Made by a program: the position numbers and the translations under genes
Source: a virus
Taxonomy: Duplodnaviria > Caudoviricetes
DNA: 64,000 nt
Virus record (IMG/VR): IMGVR_UViG_3300005686_000008
Reading direction: 5' to 3' (one strand)
Part shown: positions 17,598 to 26,901 of the stretch, one piece after another
Layout: each line of letters begins with the position of its first letter
How positions within the stretch are numbered: the first letter of the stretch is position 1
The notes under the pieces: model-generated
What the model was told of the DNA's origin: nothing
What the model saw: only the letters and a program-made list of their open reading frames with translations
Databases searched by the model: none

Positions 17598-18477
17598 ATG
17601 CGTAAGGACATGAAAAAGGTCGTTACTGAGAAGGGCGCTGTCGGAGGCGTCGGCAATTTCATGATCCGCCGCAATCGTCGTCAGGTTAAGAAGGCCTGCT
17701 TGGACGGTAACGAAGACGTTGATTCTCTCAACTTCCACGGAATCAGGAAGGTTCACACCTCCAGCCCCTGTTCTTGGGATAACCTCAAGTCATCGGGGTG
17801 CAACTCGAATGTCATCCGTCGTTACCTCAAGTCCCGTGTTGGCCAGGTGTGGAACGATGTCTACAGCGACATGAGCAAAAACCTGGACCGTAAGGCTCTC
17901 GATAATGTCAACTGGATGGTCGAAACCAAGACTTTCTTTGAGAATGGCAAGATTTGGGTCGCCGGCATCCCTCCCACTGTCCTTGGTTTGTCGTACCATC
18001 GCGATGAGTTCTATGTTGACCCGAGGGACGGGACACTGCGCTGCATGCCGCAGGCCGCAGGCTCCTGGCGGTAAGCATTACGCCGCTCGTCGCATGGAGA
18101 TGATGGACAGGTTCCGCTACATTGATTCAAAGAAACCTCTCGTTCAGTACCACTGCATCAATGGTATTTGGTACGAGATCAAGCTCCGCGAGGCTTCTGC
18201 TTCCGAGAAGAAGGAGAAGTCCTTCGGCGAGTACCGTCGCAACTACAATCGTGCGACTTTCATGCTTGAGACGGAGTGGTGCAGGATTTACAACAACGCC
18301 ATTGTTGACCAGCTTGTTGAAAACCACAGGGAAGCTCTCGTTTTCGAACGTGATAATGTTTGGGAGCTTTGCGTTTCACTGTTTCGCGGTCATTACTTAC
18401 CCATCTCGAAGAGGCAGATTTCCTCGAAGGAGATTCGTCTCGTTAAGGAGTTGATGGAAGAGAGAGACAAGGAGTGA
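17598..18477 (+). CDS. conserved hypothetical protein split by a +1 frameshift near 18065-18074
   Basis: 17598..18074 stops at TGG CGG TAA; coding continues in +1 frame (KHYAARR...) to 18477. Confidence 0.55.
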
Positions 18478-18518
18478 AGTCTGTAGGACTAAACTTCTGT
18501 AAGTCGAAAAATGTTTGA

Positions 18519-18594
18519 GGGATGCGTGTTGCCGAACGGTTTAGGCTCTCGACTCATAATCGAGGCAATGTGGGTTCAAGTCCCACCCATCCCA
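18519..18594 (+). tRNA. tRNA-Met/Ile2(CAT)
   Basis: CTCGA-CTCATAA-TCGAG, GTGGG-TTCAAGT-CCCAC. Confidence 0.8.
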
Positions 18595-18600
18595 TTTGTT

Positions 18601-18672
18601 AGGCTCTTAGCTCAGCGGTAGAGCAGGAAACTCATAATTTCTTGGTCGCCGGTTCGAATCCGGCAGAGCCTA
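18601..18672 (+). tRNA. tRNA-Ile2/Met(CAT)
   Basis: AGGCTCT/AGAGCCT, GGAAA-CTCATAA-TTTCT. Confidence 0.88.
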
Positions 18673-18676
18673 TTTT

Positions 18677-18877
18677 ATGCCGAAAGCAAAAATCAGAGAC
18701 CCCTGGAATGTTGTTGAAGAAACAATAACCAGAGCTGTTCGAAGAGCCTGGGAACGACGCTTGTACAAGCATGTCGAATGTCCCATCAAAGATGATGCTG
18801 AAGTTCAACGTATTATCGACACTGTTTCTGATGAAGTTCTAGTTCAGATCATGGAAACCATCAGCTTTGAGGATTAA
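18677..18877 (+). CDS. hypothetical protein
   Basis: packed ORF. Confidence 0.6.
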   Translation: MPKAKIRDPWNVVEETITRAVRRAWERRLYKHVECPIKDDAEVQRIIDTVSDEVLVQIMETISFED

Positions 18878-18879
18878 TA

Positions 18880-19095
18880 ATGAAGCTTACGCAAATTGAA
18901 CAAGGTCAAACGGTAAAATACAAAGGCTCCAACTACGTTGTTATGTTGACCTGGGGAAATCGCGCCATTCTTTCTCCTATTGTAGGAGATCAGCGTATCG
19001 AGGTTGATGTAGGAGAGATTTCTGGACTTGTTCGGGTTTCTCCTGCTCAGCAGTTTGTTTTGGATTCGCAGGCTAAACTTCCGCAGCAGTCCTAG
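18880..19095 (+). CDS. hypothetical protein
   Basis: packed ORF. Confidence 0.6.
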   Translation: MKLTQIEQGQTVKYKGSNYVVMLTWGNRAILSPIVGDQRIEVDVGEISGLVRVSPAQQFVLDSQAKLPQQS

Positions 19096-19100
19096 GGGAT

Positions 19101-19490
19101 ATGGCACAACTCTCCCCCAATCCCCATCAGCCCACTGAACCGAATGTCAGCTTTGAGGATTTTTCCCTAGAGGGGATGCGTCGGGCTGACAAGTACGTTC
19201 AAGATTTGATTGACAAGATGCAGCAGAAGGATCCGGACGATCCGAACTGCGACATTCGGGGAGTGATTCTTTCATTCCCTCGGGGCGATGGTGCTGCTTA
19301 CTACATTGTCAGCAAAGTCCGCCCACTGACTGTCGAGCATATTCCTGTCTGCGATGCATGGCGGGCCTATCCGGAAGATCTTGTTTTGAGGGGCATCAAC
19401 AAGGCCTACATCATGGACATCCTCCGCATGGAGAAGAGGATGCGGGGAGCGTTAGGCGTCCGTCAGCGCGGCTGGGCACCCGGCAACTAA
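19101..19490 (+). CDS. hypothetical protein
   Basis: ATG 30 nt after motif; stop inside next motif. Confidence 0.75.
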   Translation: MAQLSPNPHQPTEPNVSFEDFSLEGMRRADKYVQDLIDKMQQKDPDDPNCDIRGVILSFPRGDGAAYYIVSKVRPLTVEHIPVCDAWRAYPEDLVLRGINKAYIMDILRMEKRMRGALGVRQRGWAPGN

Positions 19491-19514
19491 ACTTTCTGCG
19501 CGCAAAAAAGAGGC

Positions 19515-19748
19515 ATGGCAAAGACCAAGAAAACCTCGAAGCGCTTCTATTTGATGTATGTTTGCGGAGGGACTGATCCGATGGTACTCGGTCGCTCTCA
19601 CAAGGACTATGATGGCGTTTTGAGGGCGGCTCGAAAGTTTGTCAGGGGAGATGATTACAAAGAGGGCGAGGACGGTGTTTTTTACCTCGTTACTACCAGC
19701 AGAACCGTGAGAGCTGGTTCATTCGACAGTTCAGAACTTGAGGATTAA
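19515..19748 (+). CDS. hypothetical protein
   Basis: ATG 30 nt after motif. Confidence 0.7.
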   Translation: MAKTKKTSKRFYLMYVCGGTDPMVLGRSHKDYDGVLRAARKFVRGDDYKEGEDGVFYLVTTSRTVRAGSFDSSELED

Positions 19749-19751
19749 GTC

Positions 19752-19946
19752 ATGGGTATGGTAAGCAAAGAACTGATGGAAGGCATGGAAGTCAACGTTT
19801 CCGCTCCCGAAGAGGGCGATTCTCATCCCGGTCCTTTTGTGGGACTGGTTGCTGGTATTCAGGAAGATACCATTCTGGTCAAGGATCAGGATGGAAACGT
19901 GTTTGAAATGGGCAAGGCGAGGGTCAAGCCGATTTCTGAGGACTAA
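19752..19946 (+). CDS. hypothetical protein (SH3-like?)
   Basis: packed ORF, stop inside motif. Confidence 0.65.
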   Translation: MGMVSKELMEGMEVNVSAPEEGDSHPGPFVGLVAGIQEDTILVKDQDGNVFEMGKARVKPISED

Positions 19947-19990
19947 ACTTTCCGCGCAAAAACGGAAGGTATCTCAAAGGGAACAAAGAA

Positions 19991-20167
19991 GTGAAGGATA
20001 ACAGCTTTTGGATTGTGGTTGAAGAGGGGAAGTCACTAGCGAGCGGAATTCGTTGTGACGGCGGAAAGTCGGAAGCCAAGAACCTCCGAAAAGAGATGGA
20101 ACAGCAGGGCGGCAAATGGAAGGCCCTGAAGACGACGAAGAAAGAGATTGTTTCCTCGAACGCTTGA
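19991..20167 (+). CDS. small hypothetical protein (58 aa, GTG start)
   Basis: read manually: VKDNSFWIVVEEGK...; AAAGGG SD. Confidence 0.5.
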   Translation: MKDNSFWIVVEEGKSLASGIRCDGGKSEAKNLRKEMEQQGGKWKALKTTKKEIVSSNA

Positions 20168-20294
20168 GCTTGAAAAGGTGAAACGAACGAGGATACAATG
20201 AAGAGCATGTTCCTTGGGCCTTTCGATGGCAGCCTGCAAGGGACAACCCACTGCGACGGAAACGACGTAATGGGTGTTTGACGGTTTCTTTGAT

Positions 20295-20621
20295 AAGTGA
20301 ATATGGTAAGCGGTGGCTGAAAACCTAATGTCTATCTCCAGACATAAGGCACTGAGTTTATGGTGACTCAGGTACGAGTAAGCCATTTTGGTGTAGTGCA
20401 GAAGGAAAACGGGTATCCGGCAAAGGCCATAGGAAAACCGTTGGGGCGCTAAAATCTCGACTGGCCATACTAACAATGACCAGGGGAGCGGGATTGCAGG
20501 TAACCATTCCTGCCTCGGAGAGACCTGATTCGAAGCGGGTTTCATTGATGAGTCGCATAATAACATCAGGATGGACGAAAATTCAGAGGCTAGTAACCTC
20601 TGCCGCTTACCATGTTCACTT
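20295..20621 (+). ncRNA. large structured ncRNA of unknown class
   Basis: 22-bp terminal helix with G-U pairs enclosing at least 6 hairpins; no + strand ORF. Confidence 0.7.
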
Positions 20622-20636
20622 TTCAATGGAGGTTTT

Positions 20637-20753
20637 ATGTGGTACAAAGTAGAACACAATCCACCGGATGATGACAACAGCGGTAGCGATTCGAATTGCC
20701 CTTGCGGTGATTCTGATTGCGACGGCGGCGGTAGCGATGGCGATTACGATTGA
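20637..20753 (+). CDS. 38-aa acidic Cys-containing peptide
   Basis: GGAGG SD; MWYKVEHNPPDDD...CPCGDSDC. Confidence 0.5.
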   Translation: MWYKVEHNPPDDDNSGSDSNCPCGDSDCDGGGSDGDYD

Positions 20754-20934
20754 ACCAATAGGGTCGTGTCGAACTTCTCCGTAGTAAGTTGACATGCTCC
20801 TAGCCGATGCAAGCGGCGAAGATTATGACGGAGCGTTGGGCTACGACTGAGCGGTAGCAGCGAATCCACTGTGCGGTGCAAGCCGAAGTTCAGCGGCAAT
20901 CAACTCCTGCAAGAGTTGGATTGCATTTACAGAT

Positions 20935-21010
20935 TGCGGAGTAGAGGAGTCTGGCCGTCCTCGTCTGGCTCATAACCAGGAAATCGCAGGTTCAAATCCT
21001 GCCTCCGCTA
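20935..21010 (+). tRNA. tRNA-fMet-like (CAT)
   Basis: unpaired 1:72, GCGGAG/CTCCGC, TCTGG-CTCATAA-CCAGG. Confidence 0.85.
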
Positions 21011-21083
21011 TTCAAGGATTGGTCGCCTTGTAAATCAACAGACCTATTCTGTGTACTTAGGGTCGCTCCCTCGGGAAAGAATA

Positions 21084-21158
21084 ACGCCCAAAGCCTAAAT
21101 GGTGAGGCACTCGGCTTTCATCCGAGGTATCTAAGGTTCGAATCCTTAGTGGGATGTT
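21084..21158 (+). tRNA. tRNA-Glu(TTC), irregular acceptor stem
   Basis: CTCGG-CTTTCAT-CCGAG, CTAAGG-TTCGAAT-CCTTAG. Confidence 0.7.
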
Positions 21159-21679
21159 CCGTTCGAGTAGGTAGAACTTCTTAGAGATGGAGTAGGTCTA
21201 GTAAAACCTGAAAAGGTCGAAAAACCGTAGATAACTTTTCTGAGAAAGCCCTCACTGAGGGAAAATCCTATCTAGAGCGCCATCTAGATCGGTGTCAAGA
21301 ACCACCGAGAGGCGCAGTTGAGATGTTGGGTGAAACTCCCTTCATTCTCGCTTTCAGTAGACCCACGTTGGTATGAGGCTCGCCTCGGCAAGACCTGCAC
21401 CCAACCTCTGGGAGAGCAAGAACTGAACCGTATACTCGATGCATGCCCGGGGTTTAAAACGGTTCTCTACTGGATTTCGCCGTCAGAGCTACCGCAAGGA
21501 AAACTCTGGCGGCGTTTTCTTTTGTAGGCAGGCTAAACTTTTAGCCGATATGAGGGGGACTTATCCAGACCTTTTCCCTGTCTGGCTAAACTTTCGTACC
21601 AAAAAGGGATACTGTCTTACCCAAATCCTCTACCTTGTCGGAACGAGTAGGTTTGGGTACTTTAGTAGGAGTCCTCAAC

Positions 21680-22597
21680 ATGAAGTTCTTTGCATCTCTT
21701 CTTGCGTTAGTCTGTGCTGTGGTAGCGTTTGCCCAGCCCATTCCACCGAAGGCTACGGCTGGTCCTGCGGTGGCTTCTCTCGATGATGTCGTCATTGACG
21801 AAGGCCCTCTGGTTTATTACCCGGCTCGCGACCCCCTCGCCTATATGGGGCAGGCGTGCTACGACCAGATGGAGCTGACCTGTTTCGGCGTTCAGACCAA
21901 TCAGACCGTTTGGAACCTCGACCTCAGTTCTCCGCCCACTGGCAACTACGCAAGCGGGCTGACTCGCAGCAACCTTCCGTTCAATGTGCAGTTCTCCGTC
22001 TTCATCGTTCGTGATGTGGATGACCCTTCTTTGGACCGTATGGGTACTTGGTATGGCGTCATCAGCGGCGATAACGGGAGTTTTCACTGCGGAGGTTACT
22101 ACTTCGAGCTTGGAGGCTTTGCGTCTATTGTCCCTCTTTATGCTCGCAGCGAGCAGGCGGAGATGTTCTCGATTCACGAGAATCTTTTGAGCTTGAGCGA
22201 CGGCGGCGGCTACGATGGTCGCCAATGGAACTGCGCTCTTGACGAAACTGCATTGTTCCAGGCGCAGCAGAACTACATCAACGCCACCGCATGTGCGGAT
22301 GCCCATTTCAATCGCTACATGGGCATCGCCCTCTCTTGTACGGCGATTGGAGTCGGCTCTTGCTGGATTTCGTTCGGAGCCGGCTGTATCGGCGCGCTCA
22401 TCTGCGATGGAGTCATTCTCATCAAGGATATCTTCTGGCAGCGCGAGTTCATGGGCGAGCAGAACCGCGCTCGGTCATGCCTCTGCCTTGAGTCCAACTG
22501 GCGCACGGCTCACCCCGGACAGCCGATTCCGAACTCGTCTTGCGGCGATTTCCATTGTCCTGACTCTCCCGGAGTTGATATCCCCAAGCTCGACTAA
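21680..22597 (+). CDS. secreted Cys-rich protein with hydrophobic Gly/Cys hairpin
   Basis: signal peptide MKFFASLLALVCAVVAFA, AGGAG SD. Confidence 0.75.
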   Translation: MKFFASLLALVCAVVAFAQPIPPKATAGPAVASLDDVVIDEGPLVYYPARDPLAYMGQACYDQMELTCFGVQTNQTVWNLDLSSPPTGNYASGLTRSNLPFNVQFSVFIVRDVDDPSLDRMGTWYGVISGDNGSFHCGGYYFELGGFASIVPLYARSEQAEMFSIHENLLSLSDGGGYDGRQWNCALDETALFQAQQNYINATACADAHFNRYMGIALSCTAIGVGSCWISFGAGCIGALICDGVILIKDIFWQREFMGEQNRARSCLCLESNWRTAHPGQPIPNSSCGDFHCPDSPGVDIPKLD

Positions 22598-22635
22598 ACT
22601 TTCTTTGGAAGTTTATTTTCTCAAAGGAAGAATCA

Positions 22636-22806
22636 ATGACAACGCTTCAAATTTCCATCTCCCTCATGCTCTTGCTCCTTGTCTCGCTCTTTATTCGGGC
22701 GAAGCGTAAGGGCATGAAAATGGACGGTCGGACGGTTGGACTTGGAATCCTCTTGGGTATTGGGTTGGCTTTCGGCCTTCCGCTCTTGTTCAACCTGCTT
22801 TCGTAA
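22636..22806 (+). CDS. 56-aa two-TM membrane protein
   Basis: read manually: MTTLQISISLMLLLLVSLF...GLGILLGIGLAFG; AAAGGA SD; terminator follows. Confidence 0.6.
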   Translation: MTTLQISISLMLLLLVSLFIRAKRKGMKMDGRTVGLGILLGIGLAFGLPLLFNLLS

Positions 22807-22957
22807 TCCATCCTGTCCATCTTAGACTCCCCATCCCTACTCGCTGTACGGGGTGGGGAGTTTTTCTTTTTGCAGGCTAAACTTTGCTGGGCGAAATGCA
22901 AAGAGTCAGAAGCAGAGGAGTATCTGCCTGACAAGGTTCATAAGATGGAGAAAGCAA

Positions 22958-23515
22958 ATGTCTGACACCGCGACGAAGAAGGAGAAGAAGGCCAAGGCGA
23001 AGAAGCCCGTTGAGGCAACTCCGACTGCGGCTCCCGTTGAGGCTCCGCAGGACACTGCGCCGGTTCTGGAGGCGAAGGTTGATGCGGTCCCCGAGGCGAA
23101 GCCCGAGGACGCGAAGACCGATTCGGCGAAGCGCAAGAAGAAGAACACGACCGTTGCGGTCATCGACCCCTCGAACCCCGAGAGCGTGACACAGTTCCTC
23201 AGCGAGTTCCTCGCTCAGTCGGCTGCTCAGCCTCCGACGAAGGGCTACGACCAGCACGTGAACCGCGAGGGCTTCGTCCATGCGGGGACGGCTCAGCGGC
23301 TCAGCAACGGCGGCATCTCGAACATGCTGGCGGTTCAGTTCGACATCCTGGCTCGTCGTTCGCTCGATGGCGACAAGGCTGCTGGCGAGTTCTATGACGC
23401 CATGCTGAACTTCGCCACGAGCCGGCGCGACCAGCTCAAGGCCGAGCGCAAGGCGAAGATTCTCGCCGAGGCGGAGGCCATTCGCGCTGAGGAGGCTGCG
23501 AAGGCGAACGCCTAA
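22958..23515 (+). CDS. hypothetical protein, paralog of 23759..24166
   Basis: GGAG SD, strong codon bias, C-terminus ILAEAEAIRAEEAAKANA, own terminator. Confidence 0.8.
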   Translation: MSDTATKKEKKAKAKKPVEATPTAAPVEAPQDTAPVLEAKVDAVPEAKPEDAKTDSAKRKKKNTTVAVIDPSNPESVTQFLSEFLAQSAAQPPTKGYDQHVNREGFVHAGTAQRLSNGGISNMLAVQFDILARRSLDGDKAAGEFYDAMLNFATSRRDQLKAERKAKILAEAEAIRAEEAAKANA

Positions 23516-23758
23516 CGAACTCTCTCTCCTCCATGACCCCCTGGCGCAAAAGCGTAGGGGGTCTTTCTTTTGCTGGCTAAACTTTTTGCGCAAGGGGAAA
23601 GAGAAGAACGGCCAACAACCCAACAGACAGAAGGGAAGTTGGATTGCAAGACTAAACTTTCTTGCAAAAAACGGTTAGTATCAGATGAGAGCCGAAACAG
23701 AAGTAGGCTTTCCAAACAAGGCCCAAATAAAGGGCAGTTCAAGAAAGAGGAATGAATC

Positions 23759-24166
23759 ATGAGCGAAGCAACCAAGAAGACCCGCGCCTCCCGCAACAAC
23801 CACATCGCGACGAAGGACAACGCCATCACCGATGCGAAGTCGGCGCAGTTGTTCGTTGAGTCCGCTCGTCACGCCACGGCTGGCGACAAGCCCTCCACGA
23901 TGTTCAACGGTTCGGGTTTCGTCACCCCCTCCGCCCTCGATGGCCAGGACGCCGAGAACCTCGTTCGGATGGGCGCGACCATCAACGACGCTCTGGCTCG
24001 CATGGTTTCGCAGAACGCCGAGCAACGCGATATCGCCGAGCTCGGCCTCCGCATCCTCGCTCAGCACGCTGCCGACGCCAGCGAGATTCAGCGGCAGGCT
24101 CGTCGCGCCGCCGTCCTCGCCGAAGCCGAGCGCATCCGCGCCGAAGACGCAACGGCGAACGCCTAA
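23759..24166 (+). CDS. hypothetical protein, paralog of 22958..23515
   Basis: C-terminus VLAEAERIRAEDATANA, terminator 24183-24207. Confidence 0.8.
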   Translation: MSEATKKTRASRNNHIATKDNAITDAKSAQLFVESARHATAGDKPSTMFNGSGFVTPSALDGQDAENLVRMGATINDALARMVSQNAEQRDIAELGLRILAQHAADASEIQRQARRAAVLAEAERIRAEDATANA

Positions 24167-24245
24167 TCAGCCAATCCAAGAGAGCCGTCCGAAAGGGCGG
24201 CTTTTTTATTTGACAGGCTAAACTTATTTGGGAGCAATGGAATCT

Positions 24246-24551
24246 ATGACAACGCCCAAAGAACAATGCTCTGACCCCTTTTGTCGTTGCCATGATAAGT
24301 TTACTGGTCCGGGCTGCTGCGGAGACTGCAAAATGCTCCCCATCGTTCAAGTAACTCTTGGGCTTGCTCTCGCCGACCATACTTGGATTGAGCGGGTTGT
24401 CGAGTTCGAGTGCGACCCTGAGTTTGACGATGACGATTCGTTTGACTTGCAGGAAACTGCTGCTAATCATTTGATGTCCAAGAATCAGGAAGAAATGGAC
24501 AAGTTGGCTCCATCTGGCTGGTTCTTAATCGCCTGGCAATGGAAGGAATAA
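24246..24551 (+). CDS. hypothetical Cys-rich protein
   Basis: ATG 30 nt after motif at 24216. Confidence 0.65.
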   Translation: MTTPKEQCSDPFCRCHDKFTGPGCCGDCKMLPIVQVTLGLALADHTWIERVVEFECDPEFDDDDSFDLQETAANHLMSKNQEEMDKLAPSGWFLIAWQWKE

Positions 24552-24552
24552 C

Positions 24553-24927
24553 ATGCCTACTCCGATTACCGTCCCTGTTCTCGATGACGCCGAGAAGTGG
24601 TTGCGCGAGAATTTCCATGATCTGATGACCGACACGGTTTGTACGGTTCTCCCGGACCACAAGGTAGACCTTGATGGGAAGACTCGTTGGACTGATTCTG
24701 AGGATGGCTCAGAGAAAATCCTTGAAATGAAGGATTATGTCAACGGAATGTCTCTTCTCTTCAACCAAATCGGTCGCAAGTGGGTTGATGAGAATGGGAA
24801 TCAGCGCGGGTTGTTTGTCGGCTGCATTACGAACCCTGCTGACTTGATTGACCCCGGCAATTGGGACGCAGAGGTTGTTGATGCCTTTTTCCAACTCTGC
24901 TATTATGGAGAGGTTATCTACGGATGA
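24553..24927 (+). CDS. conserved phage hypothetical protein
   Basis: C-terminal DAEVVDAFFQLCYYGEVIYG pattern. Confidence 0.75.
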   Translation: MPTPITVPVLDDAEKWLRENFHDLMTDTVCTVLPDHKVDLDGKTRWTDSEDGSEKILEMKDYVNGMSLLFNQIGRKWVDENGNQRGLFVGCITNPADLIDPGNWDAEVVDAFFQLCYYGEVIYG

Positions 24928-25051
24928 TTAATCCGTTCAAGTTCCTCTGTTGTTGGTTCCGAGGTAAACATTCCTTCCGCTTTACATGCCGTCATCGTTG
25001 CGCATATTGCGGTAGGGATTTTGGTCAATGGGCAAGCAAATAGGGTGCTAT

Positions 25052-25522
25052 ATGCTTTCCAGATATGAAAAAGCGCAAATGGAAGAAGAATTGGCGGAAT
25101 TGACCCGAGAGTTGAACTCTTTAAGTTCTCCATCGGGTAGGATTGAAAACCGCTGTAATAAATGCAGAGCAACCCTCACATATGACAATCAAGGAGAACT
25201 ATGTGATGGACTCTGCAAAAGCTGCGAGAGTTCTTATAACATTGAGCGGATTGTAGAAGCGGGAAGAGAGGCGGGAGTTTACCCCTCTGACATTCGTAAA
25301 GACATTAATGAGAAGTATCCTCCCATCGTTTTGCTTCTTTGTCCTTATTGCGACAACGCTTGTTATCCAGAAGAATATGAACAAGGAGGGCATAGCGGAT
25401 GTATTCGCGATAACGAAGGAACCAAAGAAAGAATACAGAGAAGAATTGATAGGATCAATCATCTTCTAAACGAAGACCGCGAAGAAGCTTTGAAAAACTA
25501 TCGTGAGGAATTAAACTCATGA
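25052..25522 (+). CDS. zinc-finger protein
   Basis: multiple CxxC. Confidence 0.6.
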   Translation: MLSRYEKAQMEEELAELTRELNSLSSPSGRIENRCNKCRATLTYDNQGELCDGLCKSCESSYNIERIVEAGREAGVYPSDIRKDINEKYPPIVLLLCPYCDNACYPEEYEQGGHSGCIRDNEGTKERIQRRIDRINHLLNEDREEALKNYREELNS

Positions 25523-25713
25523 ATATGACATGGCGGCAACTCTTAGAGATTTTGTCCCAAATGCCTAACGAGCGTTTGGATGACAACGTAACCGTCTTCG
25601 TTTGCGGCGAGTTTTTCCCAGTGCTGAGCATAGGTAAGGTTGAGAACGACCAAGACGAAGAGGGCGGCGGAGTCTTGGACGACGGCCATTCCTATCTCAT
25701 CGTTAACGACTAA
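25519..25713 (+). CDS. hypothetical protein
   Basis: GAGG SD, stop in motif. Confidence 0.7.
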   Translation: MNMTWRQLLEILSQMPNERLDDNVTVFVCGEFFPVLSIGKVENDQDEEGGGVLDDGHSYLIVND

Positions 25714-25737
25714 ACTTTCTGCGCGGATAAAAGAAGT

Positions 25738-26268
25738 ATGAACAGCAACCTTGCCCAAGAGATTCTCCAAGACGCAGCTCGTCGCCTCGATGACAAGGGA
25801 GAAGGAGATGACTTTTCTCTTGAACAATGCGATGCGATTGCGAACGCTGTCAGTAAGGTTATGGAGGGCAAGGTCGTTGCTCGTTCTGCTGACCTTGACG
25901 GCATCTATAATGCGCTTGAGTACGCTTGCTCCTTCATCAAGGCTGGTCGTAAGGAGATGGACTCGACGGCTCGGGACCAGCTTTTGGTTGCGATGGAGCA
26001 AATCCGTCGCTATTCGAGGGGCGAACCCGAAGAGGGCGGCGAGGTTGTCCAAGACTCTTCGATCACATTCAAAGTTGATGATGTGCCGATTCGGGTTGGT
26101 AACGACATGAGGGTGGAGGCTTCTCTCCCTGACGGCGCAATGCTCGTTGTTGTTCTGACGCACGAAGGCATCATCATGGACTTTTGGCCCGAGGACGCAG
26201 ACGAGCCTGCGGCTACTTCTTCGATGATGTACGATGAGCAGGCTGTGGAGATGACAGAAGGACTATAA
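25738..26268 (+). CDS. hypothetical protein
   Basis: ATG 30 nt after motif. Confidence 0.75.
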   Translation: MNSNLAQEILQDAARRLDDKGEGDDFSLEQCDAIANAVSKVMEGKVVARSADLDGIYNALEYACSFIKAGRKEMDSTARDQLLVAMEQIRRYSRGEPEEGGEVVQDSSITFKVDDVPIRVGNDMRVEASLPDGAMLVVVLTHEGIIMDFWPEDADEPAATSSMMYDEQAVEMTEGL

Positions 26269-26269
26269 A

Positions 26270-26485
26270 ATGATCTACATTGAAAAAGAGCAAGCTTCTC
26301 AGACTTCTGAGGGAGACTTTACCCTTCCCTGGTGGGTTGCGAGATTTCCGGTCAATACATGGCCCGAAAAGGTGGACTTTGATGGGTTCATCTATCGCAT
26401 GGACCAGTTCAGAAGGGACAGCGTTGGAGAGGTTCTGTCTGTCACATACATTTGCGGAGACAAGAAGCTTGTTGTTACAAGTTAG
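26270..26485 (+). CDS. hypothetical protein
   Basis: packed ORF. Confidence 0.6.
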   Translation: MIYIEKEQASQTSEGDFTLPWWVARFPVNTWPEKVDFDGFIYRMDQFRRDSVGEVLSVTYICGDKKLVVTS

Positions 26486-26522
26486 GACAGACTAAACTTT
26501 TTGAGCAGCATTGGACAAAGCA

Positions 26523-26735
26523 ATGAGCGAGAAAATCAAAAAGGTTCTCTTGACGGATGAGGAGCGGCGGATTAAAGTTGAGGAGGCTATCCGCTTTTTT
26601 CAGTCAAGCAAGAAGACTGAACAAGACCTCTATAACCTCATCAGTAATCTTACAGCAATCTACAACGATAGCGTCCCGGGCGGTCGAGAGATGGATTTTA
26701 TCTTGAGTTGGGTTGCGAGTTTCCCTGACAACTAA
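26523..26735 (+). CDS. hypothetical protein
   Basis: between two motifs. Confidence 0.6.
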   Translation: MSEKIKKVLLTDEERRIKVEEAIRFFQSSKKTEQDLYNLISNLTAIYNDSVPGGREMDFILSWVASFPDN

Positions 26736-26776
26736 ACTTTTAGACTTGGTAGCTCAGTTGGTAGAGCAGCGGCCTT

Positions 26777-26848
26777 GAAGACGTAGCTCAGCGGTAGAGC
26801 AGTGGACTTTTAATCCATTGGCCGAGGGTTCAAATCCCTCCGTCTTCA
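26777..26848 (+). tRNA. tRNA-Lys(TTT)
   Basis: GAAGACG/CGTCTTC, GTGGA-CTTTTAA-TCCAT. Confidence 0.92.
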
Positions 26849-26901
26849 TTAAAAAGAAGGATTCTTATATAGACCGACAGAATACATTTCTGGAGGTGTA
26901 T

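Noticed and set aside
20295-20621. RNase P RNA or tmRNA
   Set aside because: No GAGGAAAGUCC/AGAACCCGGCUUA P4 signature, and no tRNA-Ala-like ends or tag reading frame
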